Virus record (IMG/VR): IMGVR_UViG_3300027241_000181
DNA: 64,000 nucleotides
Direction: 5' to 3' (one strand)
Origin: an uncultured virus (IMG/VR IMGVR_UViG_3300027241_000181)
Lineage: Duplodnaviria; Heunggongvirae; Uroviricota; Caudoviricetes
Shown piece by piece: positions 57,225-64,000 of the stretch. Position 1 is the stretch's first letter, and each line of letters opens with the position of its first letter. The notes under the pieces were generated by a model, which was not told where the DNA came from, did no database searches, and saw only the letters and a program-made list of their open reading frames with translations. The translations under genes and the position numbers were made by a program.

Positions 57225-59087
57225 ATGGCACAAATTCGTTCAAAACAAATTTCAGATTTCTTAGCACAGGTTAACTGGGCAACTGTTAAGACAACTGAAA
57301 TCCCTAACGCATTCGACGTTGACGCAAGATTCGACACAGTAGAATCTGATCTAGTAGACGAAAGCGCTGCAAGAGGCGCCGCTGACTCGGCTCTATCTGC
57401 ATCTGTCGATTCTCTAGAAACTGCTCTATCTGCTGAGATTGAGGCTACTAACACTGATGTTACTGAACTTTACGCAGCTCTATCTGCTGAAGCTGACACA
57501 AGAGAAACTGAGATGAACACTCACCACGATGAGCACGTTAGTCTTATCACCGCTGAGTCTGGAAGAGCTATCGCTGCTGAAGGTTTCCTAGGCGCATCTG
57601 TTGATTCTCTAGAAGTTGCTGTTTCTATCGAATCTGAAAGAATCAATGCGATTCTTGACGGTTCTACAGTTGATCTAGACCAATTTGCAGAAGTTGTTTC
57701 TTACGTAAACGGTCTTGACCTTGTGAATGATAACTCATTCATCTCAAGAGAGACTTTCGTTGATGGTAGACTAAACAGACTAGACTCTTCAGTTGATTCT
57801 CTAGAATCTGCTCTAGCTGGCGAAATCGAAGCTACTAACGGCGACGTTACTGCAATCAATGCTTCTATCGACTCTCTAGAAAACAAGGCTGGTACTGACG
57901 TTTCAGCTCTTATCGCTTCTGTTGATTCTCTAGAAGGTGTTGACGCAGACCTACAACAGGCTATCAATTCTCTTGAAGAGAAGCACAATGATGAGATGAA
58001 CACTCACCACCTTGAGCACGTATCTCTAATTACAGCTGAAGAAGAAAGAGCTATCGCTGCTGAAGGTTTCCTAGGCGCATCTGTTGATTCTCTAGAGCTT
58101 GCTCTAGCGAACGAAATCGAAGCTACTAACACTGATGTTACTGCACTTTACGCAGCTATCGATGCTGAAGAAGGAAGAGCTGGCGCTGCTGAAGGTTTCC
58201 TAGGTGCTTCTGTTGACTCTCTAGAGCTTGCTCTAGCGAACGAAATCGAAGCTACTAACACTGATGTTACTGCACTTTACGCAGCTATCAACACTGAGTC
58301 TGGAAGAGCAGGCGCTGCTGAAGGTTTCCTAGGCGCATCTGTTGATTCTCTAGAAGTTGCTGTTTCTATCGAATCTGAAAGAATTAACGCAATTCTTGAC
58401 GGTTCTACAGTTGATCTAGACCAATTCGCAGAGGTTGTTTCTTACGTACAGGGTCTTGACCTTGTGAATGATAACTCATTCATCTCAAGAGAGCTTTACG
58501 TTAACAACTACCTAACATCTCTAGACGCTTCAGTTGATTCTCTAGAATCTGCTCTAACTGGCGAAATCGAAGCTACTAACGACGACGTTACTGCAATCGG
58601 CGCTTCTATCGACTCTCTAGAACTTGCATTGAACAACGGTTCAGGCGCTCTAGTTGATTCAGTTGACTCTCTAGAGCTTGCTCTAGCAGCTGAAATCTCA
58701 ACTACTAACGCTGAAGTTGCAGGTATTAACTTGTCAATTGACTCTCTAGAGCTTGCTCTAGCGAACGAAATCGAAGCTACTAACGGCGACGTTCTAGCTA
58801 TCATCGATTCAGTTGATTCTCTAGAGCTTGCTCTAACAGCTGAGACTAATTTAAGAATTTTCGGTGATACATACGCTGAAGTTGAAGTTACTGGTATTAC
58901 AGCTGCTGCTGGTCCAGTTGTTATTTCATCTCCAGTTCTATTCGCAGAAGGTTCTTTCGATACAGAAGTTTACGTTAACGGTCTAAGAGTAGCATTTACT
59001 CAAATGAATCCTAATGATTTCGATCTAAACCTAGTTTATGCTATCGAAGCTTCTGACATCATCAGAATCGTTGGTGTTCAAGCTTAA
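57225..59087 (+). CDS. Coiled-coil fibre protein with (A)SVDSLE repeats (likely ATG start at 57225)
   Basis: GATATATA at 57161; many S(V/I)DSLE units; duplicated LDGSTVDLDQFAEVV module; C-terminal VYVNGLR. Confidence 0.75.
   Translation: MAQIRSKQISDFLAQVNWATVKTTEIPNAFDVDARFDTVESDLVDESAARGAADSALSASVDSLETALSAEIEATNTDVTELYAALSAEADTRETEMNTHHDEHVSLITAESGRAIAAEGFLGASVDSLEVAVSIESERINAILDGSTVDLDQFAEVVSYVNGLDLVNDNSFISRETFVDGRLNRLDSSVDSLESALAGEIEATNGDVTAINASIDSLENKAGTDVSALIASVDSLEGVDADLQQAINSLEEKHNDEMNTHHLEHVSLITAEEERAIAAEGFLGASVDSLELALANEIEATNTDVTALYAAIDAEEGRAGAAEGFLGASVDSLELALANEIEATNTDVTALYAAINTESGRAGAAEGFLGASVDSLEVAVSIESERINAILDGSTVDLDQFAEVVSYVQGLDLVNDNSFISRELYVNNYLTSLDASVDSLESALTGEIEATNDDVTAIGASIDSLELALNNGSGALVDSVDSLELALAAEISTTNAEVAGINLSIDSLELALANEIEATNGDVLAIIDSVDSLELALTAETNLRIFGDTYAEVEVTGITAAAGPVVISSPVLFAEGSFDTEVYVNGLRVAFTQMNPNDFDLNLVYAIEASDIIRIVGVQA
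57555..58491 (+). repeat. Near-identical internal duplication of about 195 nt (57555-57750 and 58296-58491), plus shorter repeats
   Basis: ESGRA.AAEGFLGASVDSLEVAVSIESERINAILDGSTVDLDQFAEVVSYV.GLDLVNDNSFISRE occurs twice. Confidence 0.85.
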
Positions 59088-59121
59088 TTGAATAACAACC
59101 TTTAAGTGATTTAATTCACAG

Positions 59122-59150
59122 AGGGCTTCCCGCAAGGGAAGCCCTTTTTT
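59122..59150 (+). terminator. Intrinsic terminator
   Basis: AGGGCTTCCC-GCAA-GGGAAGCCCT followed by a T-tract. Confidence 0.9.
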
Positions 59151-59197
59151 ATTGACGAATAAATAAAACAAAGCCAGTAAAAACACTTACAATATAG

Positions 59198-60388
59198 ATG
59201 AAGATAGGAATCACAATCGGTCTACAATCCGATTACGAAAGTATATGGATCAACGGTATTAAATTGAATGCCCTGCTCTTAGCAAATGCTCTAATGAAAA
59301 TAGGCAAATATGAAGTTGTAATTCTCGATACTAGCCGAAAGGTAACAGATCTATCAAAGGTTTCATGGGACGTTAATAAATTTCCAATCGAAGATTATTG
59401 GAAAGTATATCCAACCGTGGATATTTTAATAACACTTGGAACTTCTTTTCCAACTGAGATTTTAGATCAATTCAGAAAATCAGGACCAAATAAGAAGGTT
59501 GTCAAATACATGTGCGGTAATTCTTATGTAATTGATATGGAGCGTTCTATTTTTAAAGAAGGTAATGATCTGGGTAAAGCACCATGGGATCCAGGAGCCG
59601 ATCAATTATGGTACGTACCCCAACAGGGCTATCAAAATCATGAATACTATAAGGTTGCATTTAGAAATGAAAACGTTTTCCCAGTTCCTTTTGTATGGGA
59701 TCCTATGTTTTTAGATATTGAGGTGCTTAGGGCAAGAATTAAAAAGACAAAAACGCCATACTACATTCCAGGTAAAGAAAACTCTGAAAAGCTTCTATCA
59801 GTATTTGAACCTAACTTAAACGTAGTCAAATATGCAATGATACCTATTATGATTGCAGAGAAAGCACTTAGAGAAGGTGTAGAATTTAAGAAAATGAATG
59901 TGGCGAGTGGACAAAGACTTCTTAAGAATGGATACTTTAAGTCAATGATTGCGACTATGGATATTGTCAATGGCTCACAAGGTCCAAAGATTAGTTTCAC
60001 ATCACGATACCCCGTTACTCACTACTTAGCTAATGGAGCTGACGTTATAGTTTCACATCAGTGGGAAAACCCACTAAATTATTCTTATCTAGACGTGATG
60101 TACTTTGGATTTCCACTAGTTCACAATGCTGATATGATCAAGGATGCAGGGTACTACTATTCAGATTTCAATGTCAATGAGGGATACAATCAATTAAAAT
60201 ATGCAATTGAAGAACACGATAATAATCTAGAAGAGTATAAGCTAAGAAATCAAAAGGTACTAGACAGATACACTGTCAAAAACCAAGATCTATTAGATAC
60301 TTACGAGAAGTTAATCGAAAATCTCTTTGAAAAGGATAAACATCAATTAAGTTACAATTACAATTGGCAAACTAATACATATTTCTAA
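59198..60388 (+). CDS. DUF2827-like protein (putative GT-B glycosyltransferase)
   Basis: IGITI, SIW.NGI..NA, FEPNLNVVK....P, VSHQWENPLNY.YLD and PLVHN. Confidence 0.75.
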   Translation: MKIGITIGLQSDYESIWINGIKLNALLLANALMKIGKYEVVILDTSRKVTDLSKVSWDVNKFPIEDYWKVYPTVDILITLGTSFPTEILDQFRKSGPNKKVVKYMCGNSYVIDMERSIFKEGNDLGKAPWDPGADQLWYVPQQGYQNHEYYKVAFRNENVFPVPFVWDPMFLDIEVLRARIKKTKTPYYIPGKENSEKLLSVFEPNLNVVKYAMIPIMIAEKALREGVEFKKMNVASGQRLLKNGYFKSMIATMDIVNGSQGPKISFTSRYPVTHYLANGADVIVSHQWENPLNYSYLDVMYFGFPLVHNADMIKDAGYYYSDFNVNEGYNQLKYAIEEHDNNLEEYKLRNQKVLDRYTVKNQDLLDTYEKLIENLFEKDKHQLSYNYNWQTNTYF

Positions 60389-61144
60389 ATGAAAATCAGC
60401 GTTATCATGATGAGCTACTTGGATGAATATCCAAATGCTAGAACCAATTCTATTCCAAAATTCAAAAGAGCTGTAAATTCTTTTTTAGAACAAGATTATG
60501 AAAATAAAGAATTGGTAATAGTAGCAGATGGATGTGACATAACTAAGAGCCTATATGAAAAGCATTTTTCAAAATACGATAATGTTAATTTAATTTGGGT
60601 TGAGAAATCAAAATCTAGATGGCCTGGAAAGATTAGACAATTAGGCATTTATTATTCAACAGGTGATTATATTGCATATTTAGATGCAGACGATGTTATT
60701 ATGCCTACTCATTTAAGCTCAATTTCAAAAGCAATTACTGAATCTAATGGTGCAAAGTTCTTGCTTAATACCGGCGGATCTGTACCCATCATCATTGATG
60801 AACCCTATAAGTTTGAAAAAACTGGAATAATTGAAATAACTTCAAGCTTTAAGTTGGATATGCAAACTATTGAGAACAATGCTAAGGCCGGCAAAATTTA
60901 CATTGTAGACCTGCCATTGTATGGCAAGTTAATGTTATACAAGTTAACATTTGAAGATCCTTCAGGCACACATCTTGTCGTCCATTCCAGAAATGTAAAT
61001 TCAAAATGGAGCAGTATCGATGATCCAATGGGCGGTGAAGACAAAGTATTTATTGAGGAATTGAAAAAAGAATACAAACCTTATATGTTCAAAGAGTATA
61101 CATATATAGTCTGCCACTCTAAAATGAAAAATCATGACGTATAA
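60389..61144 (+). CDS. Family 2 glycosyltransferase
   Basis: ISVIM, ELVIVADGC, GDYIAYLDADD and GED. Confidence 0.88.
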   Translation: MKISVIMMSYLDEYPNARTNSIPKFKRAVNSFLEQDYENKELVIVADGCDITKSLYEKHFSKYDNVNLIWVEKSKSRWPGKIRQLGIYYSTGDYIAYLDADDVIMPTHLSSISKAITESNGAKFLLNTGGSVPIIIDEPYKFEKTGIIEITSSFKLDMQTIENNAKAGKIYIVDLPLYGKLMLYKLTFEDPSGTHLVVHSRNVNSKWSSIDDPMGGEDKVFIEELKKEYKPYMFKEYTYIVCHSKMKNHDV

Positions 61145-61146
61145 CC

Positions 61147-62277
61147 GTGAAAAACTATTTAGATCTATTAAACGAGTTTAATAACACTCCAAAACCGGTT
61201 GAATCTGAAAAAACTCAGGAGATTCAAAAGCCTATTCCTCCTTCTCCAGTTCTAAGACCTAGACCCGAAATTAAAAAGGTTGAATCCAAGCCAAAGATCG
61301 AAGATAAGAAAGTGGAACCTGCGCCTCCAAAGAAAAGTAGATTTGAACAAGCAAAGGAACAAATAGAAAAAGAAAAAACACTTCCAAGGCAAGAACCAAC
61401 TCAAACTAAAATAGAGCCAACATCGCAGCCAACGATAAATGTTAAAACTTTTACAAGACCTATCATGAAAAAACCCGATCCAGCTCTAACACCCGCTCCA
61501 AAGGTTGAATCAAGAAAAGCTATTGATTATCCTAAAATCTCAATTATAATGCAGACTTATCTTGGAGATTATCCAGGTTCTCGTATAAATTCTGAGCTTA
61601 AGTTTAAAAGAGCAATTGCAAGTTTCATTAAACAGACTTATGAAAATTGTGAGTTGATTATCGTTTCTGATGGATGTAGTGTAACTCATAATTTATGGAT
61701 CAATGAAATTCAAGGAATTAATCGCATCAAATATGCCTATGTAGATAAATCTGGATATGGCAATATGTATGAAAAAGATCAAACTGGAGAAAAGATCTAT
61801 AGAGGAATTCCAAGAGCAGTGGGCGTAACTATCGCAACCGGTGATATTATTACATATTGTGACTCAGATGATTTTATGCTTCCGTATTTTTGTGAAATGC
61901 TAGTTCTTCAACATCGTGCAAATCCAAATTCAGATTGGATGGTAAATTCAGCATGGTTTGATCATGAAGCAATGATAACTTCATCCGCTGCTGCCGGAGA
62001 AGTCTTAAAATCTTATGAAAATGCTAGAGTCTTAAACTCTCCTTTTTCTAAAGATTATAAATTTGTTGAATCAAGGGTTAAGGAAGGTTTTGTAGTTAAT
62101 ACACCTTGGTTGCTAGCTCACATGTCAAGTTGTGAAGTTAAATGGGAAGATTCTAAAGGAGGTGTTAGTGAAGATACGCTATTCGGTAGAAAGCTAAGAT
62201 CTAAATATCCAACTGGCCACGTCTACTCAAGCCCAACGTATTTGAGATGTCACTATTCAGGCCTCTGGGACGTTTAA
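61147..62277 (+). CDS. Family 2 glycosyltransferase with a Pro/Lys/Glu-rich N-terminal extension
   Basis: About 125-aa low-complexity N-terminus, then ISIIM, ELIIVSDGC, GDIITYCDSDD and SED. Confidence 0.85.
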   Translation: MKNYLDLLNEFNNTPKPVESEKTQEIQKPIPPSPVLRPRPEIKKVESKPKIEDKKVEPAPPKKSRFEQAKEQIEKEKTLPRQEPTQTKIEPTSQPTINVKTFTRPIMKKPDPALTPAPKVESRKAIDYPKISIIMQTYLGDYPGSRINSELKFKRAIASFIKQTYENCELIIVSDGCSVTHNLWINEIQGINRIKYAYVDKSGYGNMYEKDQTGEKIYRGIPRAVGVTIATGDIITYCDSDDFMLPYFCEMLVLQHRANPNSDWMVNSAWFDHEAMITSSAAAGEVLKSYENARVLNSPFSKDYKFVESRVKEGFVVNTPWLLAHMSSCEVKWEDSKGGVSEDTLFGRKLRSKYPTGHVYSSPTYLRCHYSGLWDV

Positions 62278-63462
62278 AAATACGGGATCATATCCATATT
62301 TTTGACAATAGGCGTTCATTTTCTTTTGTAGCTCTGACGAAACTGATTGAAGTTCATTCTTTAAACTTTCAAATCCTTGATGTTTTCGATCATTAACCAC
62401 GCTCTGTGGAGAAACCCATTTTACGTTTAGATTCTTATCTTTTAAGAAATTGAACAAATCTATGGCTTGATCTTCAACCCGATATGTAAACTTGGGTCCC
62501 ATTTTAATTATTAATTCGTCCCATCTTAAGATAGAATGAATAGCCTGTTCAACGGGATTCGATGATCTAGATACCCTGCCTCTTCTAATTCTAAATTTAA
62601 GAGATTCGGGCCTAACGTCTTCAGTGAAAACAATTGATGGAATAGAATCCTTAGGGTTTCTGACGTTATAAATTAAGATTTCAGGTTTTAACTTATCAGT
62701 GTGCTTAATCCACGGCCATGGCCCATTTTCAATTACATGTTGCCACGCTACAATTCCATCCTCCATAAGTTTTTCGTGACCTATTCTTAAACCCCAGCTA
62801 CTTAATATAGAAGCTGTAAAACCTGTCCCAGTTCTAGGATGTCCTACGCCTAAGATTAAAACCTTTTTACGATCTAATCCTAGCGATTTTTCCATGTGCT
62901 TAACATACTGTTGCATTATTTTGGGCTTTTCTTCTTCACTAGCGTGATACCAAGTCCATGCAACTGAACCCTGAATACCTTCAATTTCTTTTTGGACTTT
63001 ATCACTTTCATGTTTTAATTCATTAACATGATCATAATACTCTTCACCGAGTTCAATCTCCAACTTAATTGCAGTAGTAATTAAAAGAGCCCAGTTATAA
63101 TCATCATTAGCTTTAATACTGCTCTCATATAACTGCTTAAGTCTTAATCTTTCGCTATCAGAAGTATCAGGTGATAGTCTGTCAGGGTGACACTTAACCA
63201 CCATTTTTCTAAAAAGTTTCTTAAATGAAGGATCTCTTTCAGGCTCTTCTTCTGAATCTTTCGCTTGATTGGCCTGTTCAGCTGCATCTGAAGTTACCTT
63301 ACTATCAAATAAATCTGGCCTTTTTAATCCTGCAATCGCGGAGCTAAAATCAGAATTAATATTAGATTGTATTTCCTTTAGATCATTCAAGTCCTCAATG
63401 AAGAACTCATATTGTCTAATCATTCGTTTGAAATCTATTATCTGAGAGCCTAGCTTTTTCAT
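62257..63462 (-). CDS. J-domain-like (HPD) protein fused to a sulfotransferase-like domain
   Basis: KKLFRKMVVKCHPDR; then ILGVGHPRTGTGF (5'-PSB-like), YNVRNP (3'-PB-like), YRVED and QKYGY. Confidence 0.7.
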   Translation of the reverse strand: MKKLGSQIIDFKRMIRQYEFFIEDLNDLKEIQSNINSDFSSAIAGLKRPDLFDSKVTSDAAEQANQAKDSEEEPERDPSFKKLFRKMVVKCHPDRLSPDTSDSERLRLKQLYESSIKANDDYNWALLITTAIKLEIELGEEYYDHVNELKHESDKVQKEIEGIQGSVAWTWYHASEEEKPKIMQQYVKHMEKSLGLDRKKVLILGVGHPRTGTGFTASILSSWGLRIGHEKLMEDGIVAWQHVIENGPWPWIKHTDKLKPEILIYNVRNPKDSIPSIVFTEDVRPESLKFRIRRGRVSRSSNPVEQAIHSILRWDELIIKMGPKFTYRVEDQAIDLFNFLKDKNLNVKWVSPQSVVNDRKHQGFESLKNELQSVSSELQKKMNAYCQKYGYDPVFLNVPEA

Positions 63463-63600
63463 GCAATTTACGTAGATTAAGTCTTTGATTAAAATGATTA
63501 AAAATCAGCCAGTATGTAAACTTTAACCCAATCTTTGTGTATATATACCATAGTGAGAAAACCCTCAAACATAAACCTCAAATAAACAATCTAGTAAGAC

Positions 63601-64000
63601 ATGTCTCAAATCAAAATCAAACAGATTGATGGCTTGCAAGAGATTCTTGACGCTATCATTCTTTCGATCACGTCTGGATCGCTAAAGTCAACCTTTACAC
63701 AGGTTGGCCATGGCTTCTCAGCAGGTCAGGTTGTTGCCTTCGACGGTGGTACATGGGTCCTTGCTGATGCATCTATTGAGGACAAACTAGGTAGAATTGT
63801 TATTGAATCAACTCCATCCGCCGACACTTTTGTCGGTGTTCAGGTTGGTAAGGTAACAGTTGCTACTTGGAATCTTGTCCCAGGTGCGTTTTATGTTGTT
63901 GACGATTCAGGAACGGGTAATCCTGTATTGTTCACAACAAACGACGCGTATGCATACAGTAACCCAATCATGCAGGCAATTACCGAAACGACAGCACATG
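63601..64000 (+). CDS. Probable virion protein, truncated by the window end
   Basis: Open frame MSQIKIKQIDGL...HGFSAGQVVAFDGGTWVLADA; N-terminus resembles the 57225 gene (MAQIRSKQI); promoter-like TAAAC-N17-GTATAT upstream. Confidence 0.7.
   Translation, partial: MSQIKIKQIDGLQEILDAIILSITSGSLKSTFTQVGHGFSAGQVVAFDGGTWVLADASIEDKLGRIVIESTPSADTFVGVQVGKVTVATWNLVPGAFYVVDDSGTGNPVLFTTNDAYAYSNPIMQAITETTAH

Noticed and set aside
1..64000. Stop-codon reassignment as seen in some large phages
   Set aside because: Core genes are full length in the standard code, TAG and TGA act as stops (nrdA ends in TAG), and no suppressor tRNA was found

Overview
A 64-kb segment of a large T4-like tailed dsDNA phage (myovirus), densely coded and almost entirely on the + strand, in the standard genetic code. 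The host is probably a Bacteroidota bacterium. This is inferred from A-rich start contexts without Shine-Dalgarno sites, TATATTT-type -7 boxes and a Bacteroidota-style lipoprotein. In order, the window holds: (1) a DNA modification/repair block with an MBD4-like glycosylase, a T4 alpha-glucosyltransferase homologue and a gp56-like dCTPase; (2) a family-B DNA polymerase split into two genes separated by nrdB, nrdA and a probable sliding clamp; (3) UvsX, helicase, gp46/47, gp55, clamp loader and RNase H; (4) head and tail genes (portal, protease-scaffold fusion, major capsid, terminase, sheath, tube, tape measure); (5) seven tRNAs whose spacers hold several unassigned structured RNAs, including a 300-nt element and a tRNA-like 96-nt element; (6) repeat-rich fibre genes beside a glycosyltransferase / DUF2827 / J-domain-sulfotransferase cluster that may decorate the virion. 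Two recurrent phage promoter motifs (GATATATA and KAAAC-N16/17-GTATAA) and a codon switch that matches the phage tRNAs can be read directly from the sequence. All family assignments come from motif recognition; no searches were run.
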